A DNA stretch of 64,000 bases from an uncultured Gemmataceae bacterium (GTDB lineage Bacteria > Planctomycetota > Planctomycetia > Gemmatales > Gemmataceae): contig CAVVPN010000012.1 of the NCBI GenBank assembly GCA_963750165.1, positions 768,001-832,000 on the forward strand, in the 5' to 3' direction. Position 1 is the stretch's first letter, and each line of letters starts with the position of its first letter. The notes beneath the pieces are model-generated. The model did not search any database and had not been told where the DNA came from. It worked only from the letters and a program-made list of their open reading frames with translations. This document shows, piece after piece, positions 33,755 through 41,848 of the stretch. Both the position numbers and the translations under genes were made by a program.

Positions 33755-34642
33755 ATGCGTCGTTGGTGGAGTGTGGGGGCGATGGTGCTGGTGCCGGCGC
33801 TGGCGTGTGTGCTGCTGGCCGGCTGCGGCGAGGAAGGCGGCCCGCCGCGGCGCATGGGCACCGGCCCGAGCACGCAGGGCAATGAAGCCGGCAAGGGCAG
33901 CAGCGGGCCGGCCAAGGAGGCGGCCTCGACCGGCTGGGCCAAAATCAGGGGCCACGTCGTCTACCAGGGCACTGCGCCGGTGATGGCGTTCATCGACGCC
34001 ATCCGCAAACACGAGGACCGCAGCGTTTGTGAGGCCGGCACCGACCGTGAGAAAAGCGAGCAGACCTGGATCGTCGGCCCCGACGGCAGCGTCGCCAACG
34101 CCGTCCTCTGGCTGCAGCCGCCGGAGAACACCTTCTTCAAGATCAAGGACGACATGAAGAAGCCGGCAGATGTCAAGCTGCATCAACCGCACTGCGCCTA
34201 CATGCCGCACGCGGTCGCGCTGTTCCCCAAGTACATCGACAAGGACACCGGCACCATGAAATTGACCGGTCAGGTGCTGGAAATCCTCAACGATTCGCCC
34301 ATCAACCACAACGCCAAGATGAAGGTCGGCGGCCGCGACCTCAATCAGAACATCGAACACGGCAAGAGCATCACCCTGTCCAAACTTGACCCGACCGACG
34401 AGCCGATCAAGGTCGAGTGCTCCATTCACAACTGGATGAACGCCTACATCTGGGCGTTCGATCATCCCTATTTCGCGGTCACCAGGGACGACGGCAATTT
34501 CGAGATCGTCGTGCCCGCCGGCATTCCGGTCACGCTCATGGGCTGGCACGAGCAGCGCAAGGACTGGGGCCCCATCGCCACCCTGACTCTCAAGGATGGT
34601 GAAGAGCGGGACCTGAACAACATCGAGATTTCCGCCCGGTAA
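33755..34642 (+). CDS. Lipoprotein, cupredoxin-like / carboxypeptidase-regulatory-like (paralog 3)
   Basis: Lipobox LAGC; QPHCAYMP, HNA, ECSIHNWM, HPYFAVT. Confidence 0.72.
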   Translation: MRRWWSVGAMVLVPALACVLLAGCGEEGGPPRRMGTGPSTQGNEAGKGSSGPAKEAASTGWAKIRGHVVYQGTAPVMAFIDAIRKHEDRSVCEAGTDREKSEQTWIVGPDGSVANAVLWLQPPENTFFKIKDDMKKPADVKLHQPHCAYMPHAVALFPKYIDKDTGTMKLTGQVLEILNDSPINHNAKMKVGGRDLNQNIEHGKSITLSKLDPTDEPIKVECSIHNWMNAYIWAFDHPYFAVTRDDGNFEIVVPAGIPVTLMGWHEQRKDWGPIATLTLKDGEERDLNNIEISAR

Positions 34643-34662
34643 TTGGACAATCCAAGTCCGGC

Positions 34663-34766
34663 GAGCGTGGTCGCGTCAGCGCCCCGTGGGCGCCGCATGT
34701 GGGCGCTGCACGAGGCGCTGACGCGACCACGCTCGGCTCCCACGGGGCGCTGACGCGACCCTGCTC
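34663..34766. repeat. Cluster of three REP-like units (one forward, two reverse)
   Basis: GAGCGTGGTCGCGTCAGCGCC at 34663; reverse copies at about 34714-34735 and 34739-34766; lies right after the operon. Confidence 0.75.
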
Positions 34767-34944
34767 ACCTTCTTCTTGCCGGCACAACCGCTACGACCGA
34801 TCCGCCCTCTTTTCCCATCGCAGGCCGCCACGCCATCGCCCCTTGGCGCCGGCGGCGTCTGCGGCGTAACGTGGTTACCGTGGGAGTTTGCGCCCGCGGA
34901 GCGGGCGTCGGGTCGGATAGCAACCTCTCTCGCCGGACACGCCG

Positions 34945-36006
34945 ATGCCCTCGACCGACGATTGGTACGTGCGCCTGCCGGACGGCAGTGTGGTCCACGC
35001 GAACAGCAGCGCCGCGGTGCGCCACCACCTCGAAACCGGCCGGCTGCCGCGCGACGTGCAGGTGCGGCGCTCGCCGCGCGAACCCTGGGCCGCCCTGGAC
35101 CGCTTCGACGTGTTCGCTGACCTGGCCCCCACACGATCACGCCCACCGGGCCGGGGCGGCGATAACCTCCCCGGCGCCCACCCCAACCTGGACCTGGAAG
35201 CGATTGGCGTCCGCGGCTTCGTGGAGCGCCTGTGGACGGCCACGGATGCGGCGCTGCAGCCGACGCGGTTGGGGCCGGCGGCACTGGCGGGCGGCGGTCT
35301 CGGCGTGGCGGTCGCGGTGGCCGGGCTGGCGAGGCTGCTGGCGGCGCCATGGTCGGTGCTGACGCCGGTCGCGGCAGCCCTGGCGGCGTGGCTGCTGCAG
35401 GGCTGGGCAGTGGTGGTGCTATCACGACTGACATTCCTGGAGCTGGCGCAGCTGCGGCCGGCCGCGTGGCGCGAGGCGACCGCTGGCCTCGGTGACCGCT
35501 TGACGCAGTGCCTGCTGGCGCAGCTGCTGCTGGCAGCGCCGGTCGGCGGCGTGCTGACGCTGCTGCGGCTGCCGTGGACGGTGGCGGTCGAGGAGCCGGC
35601 GTGGCTGGGACCGGCCCTGGCGGCGGCGGGTGTGGCCCTACGGCTGGTGCTGGAGGCGATGTTGTGGCTGCTGCTGGGGTTGGGGCTGCTGCTCACCCCA
35701 GTGGTGGTCGTCGAGGAGTGCCCCGCGTCGCAGGCGCTGCGGCAGTGGTGGGCGCTGCTGCGGCAGCACCCGGGGCGCGTGGTCGTGTACGAGGGGCTGG
35801 CGCTGGTGTGGGCGCTGGCGCTGGCGCTGCCGTTGCTGCTGGCGGTGGCTGTCGCTGCCGGGTTGGTCGGGACGGCAGCACCAGCGGCAGCGGCGACACT
35901 GGCCGTCCTCACGGGCCTGGCGCTGGCGCCGGCGCTGGCGTTCCTGGCCGTGGCCAATGTGTGCCTCTATGTGAACCTGCGCTACGAGAGTCCGACGAGG
36001 GAGTGA
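34945..36006 (+). CDS. Hypothetical multi-pass membrane protein with short N-terminal GYF-like domain
   Basis: N-terminal WYVRLPDG...W segment followed by about six hydrophobic helices. Confidence 0.6.
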   Translation: MPSTDDWYVRLPDGSVVHANSSAAVRHHLETGRLPRDVQVRRSPREPWAALDRFDVFADLAPTRSRPPGRGGDNLPGAHPNLDLEAIGVRGFVERLWTATDAALQPTRLGPAALAGGGLGVAVAVAGLARLLAAPWSVLTPVAAALAAWLLQGWAVVVLSRLTFLELAQLRPAAWREATAGLGDRLTQCLLAQLLLAAPVGGVLTLLRLPWTVAVEEPAWLGPALAAAGVALRLVLEAMLWLLLGLGLLLTPVVVVEECPASQALRQWWALLRQHPGRVVVYEGLALVWALALALPLLLAVAVAAGLVGTAAPAAAATLAVLTGLALAPALAFLAVANVCLYVNLRYESPTRE

Positions 36007-36016
36007 GCGCATACGT

Positions 36017-38722
36017 TCAGGTGGTCCGATTCCCAAACGCCTCGCCGGAACCCAGGATCTCGGCGAGCACCGTCTGGTCCGTGTTCTTGCCCTGCAGCGA
36101 CGCGACGAAGCCGCTCAGGCCGTCGGCGTCCGGCTGCCGGCCCAGCAGGTTCTGATAGTCGCCGGTCACCAGGTCCGACAGGTACTCGGTCGAGCCGAAC
36201 ACCGCGGCGGCCACCTGGGTGCGCGTCTGGCTACCCAGCACCTGCTGCCAGGCGTTCAACTCGTCCATGCCGGGCGTGCGGTTCAGGGTGTCGGCGTACA
36301 GCGCGTCCAGGAAGCCCTCGTTCGTGCTGCCGTGCAGCGCGAAATACTCCTGCGAACCGACCACGAATGCCTCCACCTGCTCCACCGTGAAGCTGCCCAG
36401 CAGGCCGACGAAGCTTTGCTGCTCCTGAGGGTTGGCGGCGCGGTGCAGGAAGTGCTCGAAAATGTTTTGCACCATGTCGCCGCGATACTCGGGGCTGGCC
36501 TCAATGTCCTGGATGACGGTGATGGTGGAACCGCCCTGGTTGAGGAACGCGACCCAGCCGGCGGCGCCGGGGTCGGCGACGCGGTTCAGCAGCACCTCGT
36601 AGACGTTCTCGACGAACACCGTGTTGGCGCTGGCGTTGGCCGCGTACTGCGGCTCGTAGGCGCCGATGCTCAGGTTGGTGTGGCCGTTGCCCGGCCGCGG
36701 GAAGCCGCGCGCGTCCGTGGTCGCGGCCCCCGGGCTGACACCGTTGCCGATGGCGGTACTGCCCGGCAGCAGGGCCTCGGTCAGCAGCACCTGGCCGAAG
36801 CCGGTCAGGCCGACCGCCGGGCCGCCGTTGTCCTCCAGCGGCCCGAGCTTGGGGTTGCCCGTGAGCGAGAAGGGGTTGAGGCCGAGGGCGCCGGTGAAGT
36901 TGCCGATGAAGTTGCCGCCGTGGTCCATGGCGCCGGTGGTGGCGAGGATGTCGGGGTCGCTGGCGGCGGTGTTCAGCGCGACGATCGTGTTCTCAAACAT
37001 GTACGTGCTCATGTTCGTCTGCAGGAACACGCCGCCCCCCATCTGGCCGGCGTGGTTGCCGTTGATGGTGTCGTTGAGGAAGCTCAGCGTCTCACCGCCG
37101 TTGTCCGCCACGGCGCCGCCGTTGACCCCCGCGGTGTTGCCGGTAAACGTGTCGTTGGTCAGTGACGTGGTGGGCGGGTTCATCGACGTGCCGGGGGTGT
37201 TCAGGTAAACGGCACCGCCCAGGCTGCCGGCCTGGTTGTTGGCGAAGGTGCTGCCCGTGATGGTCACCGGCATCAGAACGAAGGAGTTGACGGCGCCGCC
37301 CAGGTCGGTCGCGTAGTTGCCGAGGAACTCGGAACTGTTGATGGTCAGTGTCCCGGAAGCGTGGTCGATGGCGCCGCCGTTGCCGACGGGCGCGTTGATG
37401 GCGGCGTTGTTCAGGAACAGGCTGTTGTTGATGGTGACGGCGTTGCCGCCCGCGATGTCCAGGCCGCCGCCGTTGCCGCCGGTCGGGTTGCCGACGGCGC
37501 GGTTGTTGTCCACCTCGCAGGCCGTCAGGGTCAGCGTGGTGCCGCTCTCCTCGATGCCGCCGCCGGACTCCGCGGTGTTCTCGGTGAAGCGCGTGTCGGT
37601 GATCGTCGTCGTGCCGCCCGTCAGGTCCAGGCCGCCGCCGAGGCCGCCCGCCGTGTTGTCCGCGAACAGGCAGCCGCTGATGGTGGTCGTCGTGCCGGCG
37701 CCGCCGGCCTGGACGCCGCCGCCGTTCGTCAGCGCCGTGTTGCTGATGAACTGGTCGTTGACCAGGGTGACGTTGGCGGTCAGGTTCTCGTCGCCGAAGC
37801 CGCCGCCGGTCGTGCCCGAGTAGTTGTCGCGCACCGTCGTGCTGGTGATCGTCACGGCGCCGTTGCCGGCCACGCCCAGGGCGCCGGTGGCGCCGTTGAA
37901 GGCCATGTTGCGGTTGACCAGCGAGTTGCTCAGCGCCAGCGTGGCGCTGACGTTGTTGATGACGTCGAGCCAGACGGCGGCGCCCTGGTTGACGCAGACG
38001 TTGCCGGTCAACTCACTGTTGTTGATGATGACGTGGCCCTGGCCGATGGTGTCGATGCCGCCGCCCGCGTCGCCGGCCCGGTTGTCCGTGACGGTGCTGC
38101 CGTTGAGAGTCAGCGTCCAGGGGGTGTTGACGGTGTTCTGCATGAGGATGCCGCCGCCGGCCCCCGAGGCGACGTTGTTGAGCACGGCGCAGCCGTCCAG
38201 CTCCAGGCTGGCGTCGCCGGTGTCCTGGATGGCGCCGCCACCGACGATGTTGCCGCCCTGGGCGCCGGCGATGCCGTGCTGCAGCACCAGGCCCTGCAGT
38301 GTCACCTTGAACGCGGGCGTATTGGCCGGGTGGTTGGGGTCGAAGGTCGGGTTGATGTCGAAGATGCGATCCAGGTTGTTGCCGTCCACCGTGACACTGC
38401 CGCCGCTGGTGTTGGCGATGGTCAGGTTACCGCCGCCGGCCAGGATGTCGAAGTCGCCGGTCTTGTTGGCGTCCTCGTTGGCGCCCGGGAGGGTGATCTT
38501 GTAGGTGCCGGGGACGGTCAGGTTGATGGTGTTGCCGCCGGGCGTGGCGTTGGCGGCGCTGATGGCGGAGCGCAGGGTGACGGTGCCGGCCGGCGGGTTG
38601 AGGAGGTCGGCGGTGCTGTTGACGTTGAAGACCGCGGGCACGGCCCGCGCCTCCAGCGCCTCCACGGACAGGGTGGCGCGGCGGGGCTTGCTCGTGGTGC
38701 GGCTGCGGAACAGGCGGAACAT
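36017..38722 (-). CDS. Surface protein: planctomycete export motif, beta-helix (GGAI/FxxN) repeats, choice-of-anchor-Q-like region, DUF4214 repeats (paralog 1)
   Basis: LSVEALEARAVPA; TLRSAI..AN; GGG/FxxN repeats; LGPLEDNGGP...DARG..IGAYE; YxxLLGRxPD..G repeats. Confidence 0.82.
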   Translation of the reverse strand: MFRLFRSRTTSKPRRATLSVEALEARAVPAVFNVNSTADLLNPPAGTVTLRSAISAANATPGGNTINLTVPGTYKITLPGANEDANKTGDFDILAGGGNLTIANTSGGSVTVDGNNLDRIFDINPTFDPNHPANTPAFKVTLQGLVLQHGIAGAQGGNIVGGGAIQDTGDASLELDGCAVLNNVASGAGGGILMQNTVNTPWTLTLNGSTVTDNRAGDAGGGIDTIGQGHVIINNSELTGNVCVNQGAAVWLDVINNVSATLALSNSLVNRNMAFNGATGALGVAGNGAVTITSTTVRDNYSGTTGGGFGDENLTANVTLVNDQFISNTALTNGGGVQAGGAGTTTTISGCLFADNTAGGLGGGLDLTGGTTTITDTRFTENTAESGGGIEESGTTLTLTACEVDNNRAVGNPTGGNGGGLDIAGGNAVTINNSLFLNNAAINAPVGNGGAIDHASGTLTINSSEFLGNYATDLGGAVNSFVLMPVTITGSTFANNQAGSLGGAVYLNTPGTSMNPPTTSLTNDTFTGNTAGVNGGAVADNGGETLSFLNDTINGNHAGQMGGGVFLQTNMSTYMFENTIVALNTAASDPDILATTGAMDHGGNFIGNFTGALGLNPFSLTGNPKLGPLEDNGGPAVGLTGFGQVLLTEALLPGSTAIGNGVSPGAATTDARGFPRPGNGHTNLSIGAYEPQYAANASANTVFVENVYEVLLNRVADPGAAGWVAFLNQGGSTITVIQDIEASPEYRGDMVQNIFEHFLHRAANPQEQQSFVGLLGSFTVEQVEAFVVGSQEYFALHGSTNEGFLDALYADTLNRTPGMDELNAWQQVLGSQTRTQVAAAVFGSTEYLSDLVTGDYQNLLGRQPDADGLSGFVASLQGKNTDQTVLAEILGSGEAFGNRTT

Positions 38723-38795
38723 GGTTGATGCTTCCTGGGAAATCGGTGTGTTGGGATGGTGGTTGGCTGATCGTGCTTACTCGGTCTCCCCTACT

Positions 38796-38866
38796 GCCGG
38801 CGAGCGGAGGGCGTGAGCCCCGAGGGGCAGCGTCCCTCGGGGGGCTCACGCCCTCCGCTCGCCGGC
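38796..38866. repeat. Long palindromic element between paralogs 2 and 1
   Basis: GCCGGCGAGCGGAGGGCGTGAGCCC ... GGGCTCACGCCCTCCGCTCGCCGGC (25-bp arms). Confidence 0.8.
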
Positions 38867-38886
38867 GGGGGGTATCCTGGGCGTGC

Positions 38887-41793
38887 TCAGGTGGTACGGT
38901 CGCCGAACGCCTCGCCGGAGCCGAGGATGTCGGCCAGCACGGACTGGTCGGTGTTCTTGCCCTGCAGCGACTTGACGAAACCACTCAGGCCGTCGGAGTC
39001 CGGCTGCCGGCCCAGCAGGTTCTGATAGTCGCCGGTCACCAGGTCCGACAGGTACTCGGCCGAGCCGAAGAACTGTGACGCCGCCTGCGTCCGAGACTCA
39101 CTCCCCAGCAGCTGCAGCCAGCCGGTGGTCTCGCCCGCAACAGGGGCGCGGCCCAGGGCGTCCTCGTACACCGCGTCGAGGAAGCCCTCGTTGGTGCTGC
39201 CGTGCAGCGCGAAATATTCCTGCGAACCGACCACGAACGCCTGCACTTGCTCCACCGAGAAGCTGCCCAGCAGGCCGACGAAGTTCTGCTGCTCCTGGCT
39301 GTTGGCGGTGCGGTGCAGGTAGCGCTGGAAGATCTGCTGCACCTGGTCGCCGCGGTACTCGGGGCTGGCCTCAATGTCCTGGACGACGGTGACGGTGGAA
39401 CCGCCCTGTTTGAGGAACGTGACCCAGCCGGCGGCGCCCGGGTCGGTCACGCGGTTGAGCAGCACCTCGTAAATGCTCTCGACGAACACCGTGTTGGCGT
39501 CGGCGTTGGCCGCGTACTGCGGCTCAAAGGCGCCGATGCTCGGGTTGGTGCGGCCGCCGGCCGTCCGGCCGAAGCCACGCGCGTCGGTGTTCGAGGCGCC
39601 CACCAGGATGCCGGTGCCGATGGCGGGGCTGCCGGGCAGCAGCGCCTCCGTCAGCAGCACCTGGCCGGAGCCGGGCAGGCCGACGAACGGGCCGCCGTTG
39701 TCCTCCAGCGGGCCGACCTTCGGGTTGCCGGTCAGCGTGTTCACGCCAAAACCGGAGGAGCCGGCCAGGTTGCCGATGAAGTTGCCGCCGTTGTCGGTGA
39801 AGTGGACGCCGTTGGCGGCGATGTCCGGGTCCATCGGCGCCGTGTTCAGGGCGATGATGGTGTTCTGCACGACGAAGCCCTGGCCGCCGCCGCCGTGCGG
39901 GAAGGTAAGCAGGCCGGCCCCCATGCTGGTGGACGTGTTGCCGGTGATGGTGTCGTTCAGCAGCGTCGTCACCCCCGACGCCTGAATGTTCAGGCCGCCG
40001 CTGTTGCCCGTGAAGGTGTCGCTGGTCAGCGTCACCGTCTGGCTATCGACAACGACCAGCGTGGCGTTTTGGCTCGCGTTGCCGTTGAACGTGCTCGCCG
40101 TCACCGTCAGGGTGGCCCCCCCGAAGAACAGCGCCCCATCGTCGCCGGTGTTGGCGGTGAACTGCGAGGCGGTCACGGTCAGAATGCCGACGGGCTGGTA
40201 GATGGCGCCGCCAGTCCCGTTGCCGCCGCGGGCATCGTTCTCGACGAACAGGCTGTTGGCGACGGTGAGCGGCCCCGTGACCTCCGCGTCGATGGCGCCG
40301 CCGCTGCCGCCCATGCCGGCGTTGTTGCCGACGGCCTGGTTCGCCTCGAACAGACAGGCCGTGACAGTCAGGGGGCTGGCCTGGTCCTCGATACCGCCGC
40401 CCATGTTGGCCTGGTTGGCCTGGAACAGCGAGCCGGACACGGTCGCCGTCGGGCTGCCGACGAGCAGGCCGCCGCCGTTGCCCATCGCCGTGTTGCCCAC
40501 GAAGTACGTGCCGATGATGGTCGTCTGCGGCCCGCCCTCCTGGATGCCGCCGCCGTCGGTGAACGCCGTGTTGTCCAGGAACAGGCTGTTGACCACCGTG
40601 AGCGTGCCCAGGTTGTTCTCGTCGCCGAAGCCGCCGCCGGTGCCGCCGCTGAAGTTGTGCTCCACCGTGCTGTTGGCGATGACCACGGCGCCGGTGCCGG
40701 CGTTGCCGATGCCGCCGCCAAAATTGTCCGCCGCGATGGCCGTGTTGTCGCTGAAGACGGCGCCGCTGATGGTCAGGTTGGCCGTCACCGGCGTCAGCGT
40801 GGCACTGGCGTCCGCCCCCGAACCGCCGCCGCCGGTGAAGGTGATGGTCGGCGGCGTCAGGTAGCCGCTGCCGGGGTTGGTGATGTTCACCGCCGTGACC
40901 ATGCCGTTGGTGATGTCGGCGGTGCCGGTGGCCGTGGTGCCGCCGGCCGGCGGGGCGCTGAAGGTGACGGTCGGCGCCGTGGTGTAGTTGGTGCCGCCGG
41001 CGTTGACGGTGACCGCGAAGACGGTGTTCTGGCCGACGCCGTCGAGCCAGATGCCGGCGCCCTGGTTGACCGAGGTGTTGCCGGTGATGACGGTGCCGGA
41101 GTTGATGAAGATCTTGCCCTGGCCGTCCTCGTCGATGCCGCCGCCGGCGTCGCCGGCGTGGTTGTTACTGATGACGCTGCTGTTGACCGTCAGCGTCCAC
41201 GGCACGTTCACCGTGTTCTCGAAGACGACGCCGCCGCCGTCGGCGGTGGCGCTGTTGTTGAAGATGGCCATGCCGTTCAGCGTCAGGCTGGCGCGGCCGT
41301 TGTCGCGGATGCCGCCGCCGCTGGAGGTGCCGCCGTCCGGGTTCATCGGGTCGGAGGCGATGCCGCCGGTGATGGAGAAGCCCTGCATGGTCACGGTGAA
41401 CGGCGTGTCGGCGAGGGTGGGGTTGATGTCGAAGACGCGGTCGATGCCGTTGCCGTCCACGGTGACGCTGCCGCCGCTGGTGTTGACGATATTCAGGTTG
41501 CCGCCGCTGGCCAGGATGTCGAAATCGCCCGTGGCGTTGTTGTCCTCGTTGGCGCCGGGGAGGGTGATCTTGTAGGTGCCGGGTGCGGTCAGGTTGATGG
41601 TGTTGCCGCCGGGTGTGGCGTTGGCCTGCTCGATGGCCGAGCGCAGCGTCACGGTGCCGGCCGGCGGGCTGAGGAGATCTGCGGTGCTGTTGACGTTGAA
41701 GACGGCGGGCACGGCCCGCGCCTCCAGCGCCTCCACCGACAGGGTGGCGCGGCGGGACTTGTTCGTGGTGCGGGTGCGGAACAGTCGGAACAT
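38887..41793 (-). CDS. DUF4214 / beta-helix surface protein (paralog 2)
   Basis: Same termini as paralog 1; extra G.GY..P.VTF repeat insert. Confidence 0.82.
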   Translation of the reverse strand: MFRLFRTRTTNKSRRATLSVEALEARAVPAVFNVNSTADLLSPPAGTVTLRSAIEQANATPGGNTINLTAPGTYKITLPGANEDNNATGDFDILASGGNLNIVNTSGGSVTVDGNGIDRVFDINPTLADTPFTVTMQGFSITGGIASDPMNPDGGTSSGGGIRDNGRASLTLNGMAIFNNSATADGGGVVFENTVNVPWTLTVNSSVISNNHAGDAGGGIDEDGQGKIFINSGTVITGNTSVNQGAGIWLDGVGQNTVFAVTVNAGGTNYTTAPTVTFSAPPAGGTTATGTADITNGMVTAVNITNPGSGYLTPPTITFTGGGGSGADASATLTPVTANLTISGAVFSDNTAIAADNFGGGIGNAGTGAVVIANSTVEHNFSGGTGGGFGDENNLGTLTVVNSLFLDNTAFTDGGGIQEGGPQTTIIGTYFVGNTAMGNGGGLLVGSPTATVSGSLFQANQANMGGGIEDQASPLTVTACLFEANQAVGNNAGMGGSGGAIDAEVTGPLTVANSLFVENDARGGNGTGGAIYQPVGILTVTASQFTANTGDDGALFFGGATLTVTASTFNGNASQNATLVVVDSQTVTLTSDTFTGNSGGLNIQASGVTTLLNDTITGNTSTSMGAGLLTFPHGGGGQGFVVQNTIIALNTAPMDPDIAANGVHFTDNGGNFIGNLAGSSGFGVNTLTGNPKVGPLEDNGGPFVGLPGSGQVLLTEALLPGSPAIGTGILVGASNTDARGFGRTAGGRTNPSIGAFEPQYAANADANTVFVESIYEVLLNRVTDPGAAGWVTFLKQGGSTVTVVQDIEASPEYRGDQVQQIFQRYLHRTANSQEQQNFVGLLGSFSVEQVQAFVVGSQEYFALHGSTNEGFLDAVYEDALGRAPVAGETTGWLQLLGSESRTQAASQFFGSAEYLSDLVTGDYQNLLGRQPDSDGLSGFVKSLQGKNTDQSVLADILGSGEAFGDRTT

Positions 41794-41848
41794 GGTCGAT
41801 TCTCCCTGGAAAAATGGGTTCGTTGGGTTGGGTTGGTTGCGGTTGTGC

